64,000 nucleotides of DNA, taken from Podarcis gaigeae. Its lineage: Eukaryota. The translations under genes and the position numbers were made by a program. This document shows, piece after piece, positions 13,401-25,400 of this stretch. Numbering within the stretch: position 1 is the stretch's first letter; each line of letters starts with the position of its first letter. The notes beneath the pieces were generated by a model. It saw only the letters and a list, made by a program, of their open reading frames with translations. It did not search any database and was not told where the DNA came from. The stretch lies in assembly GCA_964106915.2 (NCBI GenBank), contig OZ066916.1; one strand, 5' to 3'.

Positions 13401-16400
13401 GGATTTCTTATGGACAGTGCCAATCATGAACGTATTGGATTTGTAACCATTATGCTCATTTGCCTTCAGTAGCTCTGGATGAAATACAACTGCCTCTGGT
13501 CTATTTTTGGGGGGTCTTGCAAAATGTTTAAGTTTTTACTCTGCTAACTATACATTGGAACCTGCTCTGGATCAATATTGAGTAGAATTCCATGACATTG
13601 TATAGGTAGGGAAGCGATTTCTATTCCCCATCCCTCTGCAATCCCTGTGTCTCCTCTAAATCTGCCCTGAGGGGTCCCTTCACCCCCTGCGGCAGATTTA
13701 GGGAATGTGGTGGGAGGCAGAGAAATTGTCTTATTTAATCTGTATGATGTGTGCATGTGTGGAGATTGCCCTCATGCTTTTTTCTGCACCGTAGGTTAGT
13801 AATTGGCAAGGCTGTTAGTTTTGGCTTGTTTTAGGTTCTCATTTTTCCAGTCCTAAATGCAGTTTGCTCCATTTCCACATACTGTACATTGCAAGTTCGT
13901 TGTTGTTGTTTTTGACCCAGTTTGCGTTAATATTTCCAAACATATTTCTCCTAATATACACAAAATTTGCCTAGGATATGGGTTTTTGCAATGAATGTTC
14001 ATCTAATAGAATTCATTTTTGCGTGTTATCTCCTTTCATGTACACTTTTTTTTTGCACATTTCCCCCCACTAATGTGCACATTCTTGTACACATATTTTG
14101 ATTGGAGAGCCGCATTTCAAAATTTAGAGAAGTGCAAAGTTTCAAAAACAGAGAAGTGTGGATAGACAAATTTCTTCACCATCCATACTGCAGGCTGAAT
14201 GGCTCATATGAGGCTCTCGCTGGAGGATCTACTGTAGAAGGTTTTGAAGATTTCACTGGTGGCATCTCTGAATCATATGATCTGAGAAAAGCTCCATCCG
14301 ACCTATATCAAATCATCCAGAAGGCCCTGCAAGCCGGTTCGCTGCTGGGTTGCTCCATTGATGTGAGTTACTGGCATCATCATCATCGTTTTTCTGTGTT
14401 CCAACCTATGTTGTGGTGAAGTGACAGAACGCTAGCAGCAGATATTTGTGTTAGGAACTTGGAACAGCAATTGTCCCACTTTAGGGAAGCAGCATCGAGT
14501 CCCACAGCTAGAAAAATGCACTTGGTGTTTTGAGAAAAGTTGCATCCACAGTTGGTCTTTAGTCAAGGGTTTGGAAAACAAGTCCCATGAGGAGAGAATG
14601 TTTAGCATGGAGATGACTGATGGGCTTACATAGAAGAGGACAAAGACTTGTTCTCTCTGTTCCTGGGTTGGTGAGGGGGCAGCAGTCAGGACTAGAGCTA
14701 AAGAGTTTAAGTTATAGGATGGTAGAGCCTGGCTGAATATGAGAAGAAATCTATCGATGGAAATAGAAGTTTGATAATGGAGCCAATTATCTAAAGGGGC
14801 AGTGGGTTTTCCCTCGTTGGAGGCATTCAAGCAAAGGCCAGACAGACATCTGTTGTAGATGTTCCAGCATGTACATTTGATTTCCTGCACTGAGCAGGAA
14901 GTGGGACTAGATACAACTATATGATTCAGAAGGAGCTCACCAGGTGGAGTCAGTGTGCTAGCTTCCTGGCTGGTGGGCTGGTGTTGCTTACTGGGAAAGG
15001 CAAATGCACTAGTGGGGCAGGTGTGTTTGCACTGTGCAAACCTCCACAGCTCCTGACCCCTCCTGGTAAGCAGCAGAGACCCACCTCCTGGTAAGTTAGC
15101 AAAGTAGCTCTGCCCCACCCCAGCGAATCACTTCTAGGATTTTAAAGCACTGTGTTGTGTTTTTACAATAATTTTATACACCCTAGATAACCAGTGCAGC
15201 TGAAACAGAAGCAATCACAAGTCTGAAGCTGGTCAAAGGTCATGCTTACTCTCTTACTGGAGCGGAAGAGGTAAAAATATAGTGTGTGTGTGTGTGTGTG
15301 TGTGTCTGGCTCTGTGTGTGAGCTTTAACAAACTGAACTGTCATGAAATTAATTCTGTTGCACAGCACCCCAAGTGTCTGAGCAGTGCAAGGTTCCAGGG
15401 TATTTGTTTTCTTTTGGAAAATGAGGCACAGTGGAGACTGAGGCATCTTTATGATATATGGTTTATTTACCTTTACCTTTACAACCTGAGTCTATGATGG
15501 AGGAGTTCACTCCAAGAGGTCTTGCTCCTTCCATAGATCCAAACAGACACCAGCTATGGCTCTCTGCCTGCCTGCAGCTTTTCTCCAGCTTCTGGCTCAT
15601 ATAACTCCTCACTCTAACCTATCTAAGCTCTGGGCTTATCTTCTAACTAACTCTGAGCGGAGTCTTAATTGCTCATCCCCCAGGCTATAACCTCATGAGG
15701 AATTTAGCTTTGCTTAATTAGCTTTCAACACTTGTTGATTCCAGGGGATTAGAATTGTCTAGCACACAGTTGAAGCCACACACAGATTGGGCTTAATCTG
15801 GCACCCAAATCTTAACATGCCAATAACTGATTAATTCTAACCTTTGGTTGATCTGGAGGTTATAGTGGTCTGGCACTCACAAACTCCTAACAATACTAAA
15901 TGGCAGAAGTAGTTTGTGAAAGTGCACTCCTTTTAACCCCCCCTCTAAAAAACTTACAGCACACTTTAAGACTGAAGGTTGCAAAGCGGTTTCAAAAACA
16001 GAACATAACAATAAAACCCATAACTTATCAGTAGAAATGCAATGAAGGAGGAAAACCAGCATTTTAGGGCAGATCTTTTGGACAAAAGTTCCATCTACCC
16101 AATGGATGAGCTGGCTACATTTAAAAAGAGCTGGTTAATGGAACAGGTTTCTGGGGACTGTGTGGAAGTCCCTGGAGGTTTTTCAGAAAATTTGTGTCCG
16201 GGGAAAACTTGCTGTTTCAGGGATTGTATAGCGTGTCCCATAAAATCCAATTCATGAGTTCTTGAGTTTTGTGGTAGCATTAAGAAACTTGCCATAGGCC
16301 GCGGCTTTTGCACCTATTGCATTGCTTTTGTTCTTAATGAAATTATTTGTTTATTTATTATATTTATATACCACCTTTTCCTCCAAGTCACTTAAGCTGG

Positions 16401-19400
16401 GGCACACATGGATCTCCTCCCTCTCTCGATTTTATCCTCACAACAACCCTGTGAGGTAGGTGGGGCTGAGAGGTGATGACTGTGAGCTTCAGGGCCTGAG
16501 GGGGGATTTTAACCTCTGTCTCTAAGGTTCCACACTCTAACCATTACACCACACTGGCTCTCACAGGATGTTTTCTAAACAGGACTGTCATCTAACAGGA
16601 TGGCAACACTGAGGGGGATTATAAAGTCCTGATGTTCTGTTTGTGGTGCTTCCCACAGGTTAACTACCGCGGCCGTCCAGAGAAATTAGTCAGGTTGAGA
16701 AATCCATGGGGCGAAGTGGAATGGACTGGGGCCTGGAGTGATAAGTACGGTATATTATTATCAGTATATATCAGTATTCACTGTTGCTATCAGTATGATA
16801 TGCAGTTTGATTCTGTTTCCCCCATTTCCATTATGCATCCTTTGCACTGAATGGGGTAGAATAATGTAAATGCAATGTTACTTGTCTGGTTTTGCCACAG
16901 CAGACAGTGAGATGAATAATGTATTTTGGGGCAGAAGATGAACTGCAGCAGAATGGAAACAGCGCTGGTTGAGACAAACACAGGATGGGATGGAAAGCAA
17001 TGCTTTCTTACATCCTTAGTTCCGGGTCATCTTCAGATTGTCACACCCCCACCCCACCCCCAATGCTTGTATAGTAACTCCTGAAATGCCATTTATTCAT
17101 CTACATCAGTTATGGGGAATCTGTGGTTGTCCAGATCTTGCTGGATTCAAACCCCCATCAGTCCCAGACATCATGGCTAGTTCTGCTGGATGATAGGAGT
17201 TTTGGTCTGGAGGGCCACACGTTCCCTGTCCTTGATTTATTTATTTTTTTTGAATATGTAGCCCACCCTTCTCCAAGGAGTTCAGGAGATAATCCCATGT
17301 TAGTTCCATAGCAGCTCCATGAGGTAAATTAGAATGAGATATGGTGGTTGATCCAAAGTCACTCAGAGGGCTTCAAGGCAGGGAATTAAAACCCAAGTCT
17401 CCTTAGCACAATCACCACACACTAGCTGAATTCTGTCCTCCACCTGTAAGATTCACACATTCTATAAGCATTTGTAGTGTGGGCATCTGACTGGGAAGAT
17501 GTTCGTGCTGATTCTTTGAACGTTGCCCTGGAAATGAGTTGAAAAAAAAGGAGCCATCAATCTCTTTTACATTGTCACTGGCTCTGCTGTATAACATATG
17601 AAGTTCCTCTAAAATTACATCTGGCAAAGTTAATATATCAAATGACAGCCGAAAGGAAGAAAGTAATATTAATAAGTTAGGAGGGCTATCTATTAACTCA
17701 CACCCATGGCTTTTCATGCCTGGATAGTAGAGCAGAAACATATAGGAAAAAGAGTACTTCTAAGAGGATTCTTGAGTTCGGCTGAACATGGGGCCGAGCT
17801 AGACACAACGGCTAGCTGCACCTTTGCATTTTACGCGCATACTGAAATAATGGCTGTCAACTTTTACCTTTTCTTGTGAGGAATCCTATTCGGAATAAGG
17901 GCATTTCCCTTAAAAAAAGGGAAAAGTTGACAGCTATGACTGAAATAAATGTAAGCACCAGGTAAATGGTGGGGGGTGGGGGCTGATAATTATCAGGATT
18001 ATTGGAAGAGTTTAACCCTTGCAGTGATCCCAATGAAAATTGTTCCCCTGGAGCCACTTATGTTGAGATGTCCCCCTATTTTGTATTCTAAAAAAAATCT
18101 GCACATTAAATGCAGTTCTATACATGTGCAATTCTATATATGTATATTCAGAAGTTCAATAGGGCTTTCTTCCTGGTAGGCATGTACAGTATAGGATTGC
18201 ACTCTTAACACCATATGCTTATTTATTTGAATGACTGATTGATTGATTTGTATACTGCTCTTGCTCCCATCATTCATCGTTACAAAATATTTCATACCAC
18301 CATTAAAAATCTAAACACAAACTTCCAGAGCTGCAGTCTTCGCATTTCCATCTGTTGGGTCCCTGGGGACTAAACTCCCAAAGGCCTGGGCAGATCAATA
18401 GGTCTTTAACTGGCATCTAAAGGCCAGCAGTGAGCAGGAGGAGACTTATTTCCCCAGGGAGAGACTTCTAGAGGTCAGCTCACCTGGCAAAGAAACAGTT
18501 CCTACTCTGAAACAGAATTAACTGTACGTTAAACCATCTCTGGAAGTTTATTTTCATTATTTACAGAAATGTAAAATGTTTTCCTTTGAGAGGCATGTGA
18601 TCAGGATCTCCCTGGAGCAGTGGAGATTCCAAGAATATTTCTTTTCTTTTCAGCAGAGCGTTCCTTCTATCCCCAGAGTAAATAAGGAATTGTTTCTGCT
18701 TTATCCCCAACTCCAGATTTAATTTACTACTGTATCTCATGAATAATGCCATATCAGTAGATAAATAATCGTATAAAAAACAGCCAAACAGCAGGCACAT
18801 AAACAAGGATTAGATTTCAGGTATTAAACTCACATCAAAAAAGGCTCGGTTTTAAAAATAAATCGTACAATAAAAATGATTTGAGTCAGAAATTATAAAA
18901 CGTTTAACACTTCTTTTCTATCACTTTATGTGACTTTTAATCCAGCAGCGTGGAACCTGTGGTTCCCTAGATGTTGTGAGATTCTAACTCCCATCAGCTC
19001 CAGCCAGCATGGTCGATGGCGAGGACCGATGGGAGTTGTAGCCAGTGCTTTTTTCCTGTTAGGTGATCACTCGTAGCCGAGTAAGATTGTCTTCCATGAA
19101 CATGGTCTTAATACTGTAGTGAGTCCATAAGAGACTGTGGAGGCCATTTCTGGGCACGTCCTTCCACAATGGGGACACAGGTTTCTGGGTGGGAGCTGTT
19201 GATGGTGAGGGTTTGCCAAACGTGCCTTCCTCTTAGCAGGTTTCTCCCTTTCGCCCTGAGTTTGAGTGTCTTCAAAGCCCATGACACCTTTGGTAAAAGC
19301 TGTTCTCTAGTTGGAGCGCTCTCAGGCCAGTGTTTCCCAGTTGTCAGTATTTATACTACAATTTATTTAGATTTGCCTTGAGAGAGTCTTTAAACCTCTT

Positions 19401-22400
19401 TTGTTGACCACCAGCATTACGCTTTCCATTTTCCATTTTCTGGCAGTACTCACTGGTATGCAGTACTGGCATCCCCCCCTCCCACGGCTAAATCGGGCCC
19501 TGTCTGGCCTTCTCACAGCCGTGGCAGCCCTCCCAGCCTCCTCTGGTTGCGTGACGTCATGCATTCGCACCCCCACCTCTGAGTTGGGCAGAACCCAGCA
19601 CCTGTAGTGGTAGCACCCTTGAGGTCCCTCAGGGCTCAGAGATAGGACTGCGTTCGTACACATATGCAACTATTTCATGCTTAATTTGTAGTGGCAAAAT
19701 GTTTGGTTTGTAATGCTCTCCTATCCCTGCAGTGCTCCACAGTGGAATTATATTGACCCCAAGCAGAAAGCAGCTCTGGATAAGCAGGCAGATGATGGTG
19801 AATTTTGGTAAGAACCTTTGAATCAATAGCAGAATGTAGATAAACATGCTGCAGTGCATGGGTGACGCTAGATGTGGTGTTAAATGCATCACTTGTGCTG
19901 TGTCATTTGCCTTCTAAATGCTAACAGCGGATGAAGGAAGGCCAGATTTTTGTCAGGACTTTGGCACATAAGGAGAGAGGTTTTCATGTTTTCCCTCCTT
20001 GCATAGTCCTGATGAAAATCTCCCCCTTGCAATAATAATTTATAATAATAATAATTTATTATTTATCCCCTGCCCATCTGGCTGGGCTTCCCCAGCCACT
20101 CTGGGCGGCTTCCAACAAAATATGTAAATACCGTAATGCATCAATGATGCCTTGCGGCTACAATTGGCTAATAGCAGTTGTGGTGGTGAAGATTTTTGTT
20201 GGACTTGCATCGGGGGGAGAAAGGGATGAACACCCACAACACACTCCTGGCAAAAAACCTCATAGGAGCATAAGAAGCTGAGTCAGACAACTGCAGCTTA
20301 GCGGTAAAATAAAAACACTCTGCATGTGTTCAGAGACTGCTATGCAGCATCTTCCTTCACTGGCAGCAGAAATATATGTGTGGAGTAGACCAGGCTATTA
20401 GGCTGCTGTTCTTTACAGTCATTTGGCAGTGCAGTTGGCTCTTCTCTGTCATGACAACTGTTGGTAAGAGAGGGACTTTTATCATTTATTGCCCTGGGAT
20501 CCCCAGCAACTTGGACCTGCCCCTTGAAATGTAATATGGGAATGGCAAGTCCTAGACTCTAATTTGGTATGAGCTAAGGATAGCATGGCTGACTGGACTC
20601 AAGAAGACTAATCACTGAGAATTTGTAGGCCTTCCATTATTGATGGGGATTCCTAGAAGTTTCAGAGCTTTGTAACGCCAAATAATTCCCTCGTGCTATT
20701 GCTGCCTGCTGTCTCGGTAGAAGATAAATCAATGGCAAGTGGATAATGGCTTTCTTCCAGACTCACTAAGCACTCTCGTCTGCTCTGCTCCTATGGCAGG
20801 ATGTCCTTCTCAGATTTTCAAAGGAACTTCACAAGGCTTGAGATCTGCAACTTGACTCCTGACACCCTGACAAGCAACCATTTCCACAAATGGGGTATGA
20901 CTTTGTTCAACGGAAACTGGAGACGGGGCTCCACAGCCGGTGGGTGCCAAAATTACCCAGGTAATGTCACCGTGGAGAAACCAATCACTAGCCATAGCTA
21001 TTGTTGATAGGGGAAGTTTTTGTACTGTAGGACTGCCTGCAGATTATTTCAGTGGTCTCACTATTTGAGCCAATGGGGGCAATTGTAGATCAGGCTCTTT
21101 CCCAAGTGCCTGTTGGAAGTGCAACAGCAGGGATCGTTCAGTTTGCAACTTAAGAGTTATTTCTGTTGTTGGTGAGTCAGCTAACCGAGGTGGTGGTGGT
21201 GGAGGAGGTGTCGCGTAGCAACCAGGCAGATTGGCATGATCTCTAGTGAGGTAGCACCTGCTGTGTAGTTCTGAGGGAGTTTTCCTCTGTATGTTTAGTT
21301 GTATGTCTCCCTGCTATGTACAAGGCCTGATGGGAGAAAGACAAAAGCTCTCTGATCTTGTCATCTCAAATTATACACTGTTTTCGTTCAGTTTCCCTCA
21401 GCAAAATGCTGTCAGGGTTTCTTGCATTGTGGTGGATATAGGTTAGATTCAAACCGAGCTGTGATGCATGATGCGCACATTTCCATCTGGTCAAAGTACA
21501 AGAGGTGGGACATTGCTGCTGTGCCGTCCTACATTCTGTGGCAGTGCGGCTGTTTGCGAAGATTGGGATGGAGCATGGCAGAGCATCTGCAAGGGTGGGG
21601 GTTGCACCCAGGTGGCGGCAGGCACACCTCTACCTGCCACTGCTGACTTCCTGCTCCCCACTGCTCACTGCCGCTCTGCTCCACTCCATCCTACTCCTGC
21701 TGAGATCCAATATTGCTGCTGCTGGGAAAACAGCATGGCAGGCACATCAAAATTCAAGTGTTAAACTCTGCTTTGCAGTGTTCATGTTATTATTTTCATT
21801 GCTTTTCATTTTTGTTTTCATACATTACTGTTGTGTGTGTGTGTGTGTTTTAAGTTCTAGTTATACATCTCATTCATTTTTCAGTATGGCACTGAAACTG
21901 TGATAAAAAGGACCAAACTGCAATATTTACCATAAAATTGCATATATTAATAGTCTAGAAATAACTGTTTTGTTTTTATGTGTCGAATGCTAAATTAATT
22001 CCTAAACCCATTGCTGTTTGGGGCTCCAGCCTGAATATGTAATTAAAACGAATAGCAGTATGGCGTGCGTTAATTAAGCATTTAAAAAAATGTCTTCAAG
22101 TGGGAAAACATTTTTCTGCAGAATTAAAAAAACATGTGATTTTACTTGTAAGAGCCATTCCTTGGTAGGTTCAGTGCTGTAATCTGGGTATAATAATGAA
22201 AGCATTCAAACTCAAACATTACAGATCACGAACAGTTGTTTGAATAGAAGCGATGCCACATTTCACTGTGGGCTGGTGTCAGTGGAATGCCGCTTTGAAA
22301 TGGTTTGGGAAAGAGCTGAAGAGAAGAGAAAAATATCAGCATGTTATAAAATCTCTCTTAACTGGGAAATTAATGGCTTCAGACATACTCAGACACCAAC

Positions 22401-25400
22401 CATAACACAAACATGCCATAGTGGGCCTTAGGATCACCACTCCCCCACTTCACATTATTTTGAAGCTGCTTTTTCTCCTTTCATTTTTGGAAACAAAACA
22501 TCTTTTTCTGTTTTGTCTAAATGCAGGAAATGATTTGTGCAGACCATAGTTAAGAAACTGGGATACCCTGGTTTGATACCCTGTTTCGTTACCTAACAAT
22601 GGTTTGCACAAACCACAATCTTCTCCATGTGGACAAGACAGGAAACAGGTTTGTTTTAAACTGTGAGTGAAGGTTTCACCTTTCTTCCCCTCATATGTGA
22701 AGAAGGGAAGGCTGCACAATCCCAAGTCCCACCACGGTGTGTTTTCTTATCACAACAAGGTTGTGGTTTGCTGTTATGTCTGAATGCAGTCTGTTCTCAT
22801 TATATCACAGGGTATGTGTCATTCCGAGTTTTTGGGTCACCAATCAAACCCAGTCATTTCTCAGTCTCAGTTATTTCTAGAGACGCTGAGGTTTTAGAGA
22901 AGAAAGTGAGAAAGAAAGGTGGCCACCTTAAAAAGTGGGAGTGAAAGAGACCCAGGATGCAATTTTGGGATAATTTTATTGATAGGATACATCTTCCTTA
23001 ACATTTTGGTCTAAGATACGGGGAAGGGCCATAACTCATTAGAATTAAGCTTAGTACCTTTTAAATCATTGTGTACTTAAAAGTAGTATGGGAACATGCA
23101 GAAGCATCAATGTAATGGCCTGAATATACTTGCAACTGAATAACTCATACCTGTTTTTTTTAATTTTAAAATATTCATTTTCAAGCCAAACCTGAGAGTT
23201 GTATCTTATATCAAATGGCCCAGTAACAGTCTCCTGAGGATAAATAATGGGTTTGTGTTAATGACTGCAGTCTCTTTGAGCTGGTCACCGCTCCCCCGAG
23301 GGAATGTCTCTTAGTAGCTTGATTCATTATAACTGCAATAAATATATAGCATACTTGGGCAGGGGTGGCGAAGGAAGCATAGAATATATAAACATAATGG
23401 GAAAGCCAGGCTGGAAGCCAAAGTACAGTTCATTCTTAAGGACAATTCCCTGCAGCTCAACTTGGTTGCATTAGCAGCAAAGAAACCCCTCTCTCGTTTC
23501 TCTGGTGATTCTTACATATATTTCTACCTTTGCCTTTACAGCAACATACTGGACCAACCCCCAGTTTAAAATTAGGCTGGATGAGCCAGATGACGACCAC
23601 ACAGGAAGTGGGAGTGAACCATGTTGCAGCATCCTGGTGGGCTTGATGCAGAAGAACCGTAGGAGGCAGAAGAGGATGGGGGAAGGGCTGCTCAGTATTG
23701 GCTACTCCCTTTATCAGGTATATTACTCATTGCTCCTTGATACTTTCTGCCCTGCTCCACTTTCCATCAACCTCAGACAGCATGGCCTGTGACTAGGTGA
23801 ATGGGAGATGGAGTCCATCAACAGCTGGTGTTCCATCAGTTCTCCACACCTGCCTGAGTGCCGATCAATAACAGCATTGCTTCTCTCTGTGCATTTATTC
23901 TGTGGCGCCACAAAATAGCGGTGGAACACATGCTGTGCTCAAACAAGGTTCCAGATTCAACCCATAGTAGCTGGTTGGAAATACTGCTCCTGGTCTGAAT
24001 AAATAGCATTCAGCTACCTGGATAGATGCCTTGCCATAAAGCAGCTTTCTGCATTCAGCAAGATTCTTCAGAGTTCCGTCCTGAAAGCTCAGCTGTGAAA
24101 TACCTTGAAAAGGCTCAAATCTTGTGAATGCAAAGCCAAAGCAGGCTGATGTACATGAATCCATCCCTGGTGGGGGAGACTAGTGCAGTGCACAACCAGA
24201 TTGTATAACAAAAAATCTCTTAAGATGCTCTGAAATTGGCATTGGCCTCAGATTACCAAACCAGGCAAAAATGACGGAATGTTTAAGTTGGAGCAGAGAT
24301 ATTGCTGAGAAAGGTTCATCTTTGGCTGAGTGTGCAGGAAAGAGTGGTCACCAGGCATAACAGACCAGCTGTTGGTTGACTTTTCATCCAGCTGCTTGTG
24401 AAAAATATAGAGCCACCATCTTTCACCAGGCCTTTATGTCTCTTCCCCTTTATATGTCTCTTGCAGGTGCCAAAAGAGGTACATAAACTGTTCTGGAAAT
24501 ATGCATCCTCCAAAATAAAAAGATCATCTACTGCTTCTTGAAGGCTGATGTGCCCCAAACTGACAATTGCCCTGCTGACATATGAGGGACATTTGGTTTC
24601 TAAGGGTGTATGCTGACTATTTTTGGAAGGAAGGAAAGAAAACTTTTAACTTAAGGGCTTATTTGCGGGGAAAGTGGTCCTAAGATGGCAGTTCAGAGGT
24701 GTTTAATGTGCTTTTCATCTCCCATTACATTGCTTCTTTGAAAGGAGGCTTTTCTGAATGTCAGATTTGTTGGTTCAGCACACCACACCTCAAGCATATG
24801 TGGACTGACCACGGGGGAGGGTTATATGTAACCCAAACAATTGCTCATAAAGGATTTATTTATTTAAGTTTGCTGGGTGTGGGGCAGGGGGAGAAAAGAA
24901 CACTAAAGTTTAAAAACAAATAAATCGTGTGATACAGAAATAGGGATTGGGAGAGAATTTCCACATTTTATCAGAATATTAGAAGTCAAGGTCACCCAAT
25001 TAAATTGGCTTGTCCTAGATCCAGGATGGATAAAAGAAGTACTTCCCACAACACACTTATGATGCTTAACTGCTGCAAGTGATGGCTATGAGTTTAGACC
25101 AGCCATAGGCAAACTTGACCCTCTGGATGTTTTTGGACTACAGATCCCATCATTTCTGACCACTGGTCCTGTTAGCTAGGGATGATGGGAGTTGTAGTCC
25201 CAAAACATCTGGAGGGCTGAGTTTGCCTATGCCTGGTTTAGACAAAGAAAATAAAAATGGAGAAGGCCTATCAGTGGCTATTAGCCATGGTGGTTGAATA
25301 GAACCTCCCCCCGCCATTTTCCCTAAGCCAGTATACCTCCAGATACTAACCCCCCCCCCCCCCCGCAGAGGGCTATTGCTTTTATTTTCTGTGCTTGTGG

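Noticed and set aside
14432-15118. 228-aa minus-strand ORF
   Set aside because: It is antisense to a decayed CR1 fragment, with no recognisable domain or splice support.
16895-16995. Possible duplicate or alternative exon 8 after ttttgccacag
   Set aside because: There is an immediate TGA in the required phase and no similarity to the real exon 8 at 19733.
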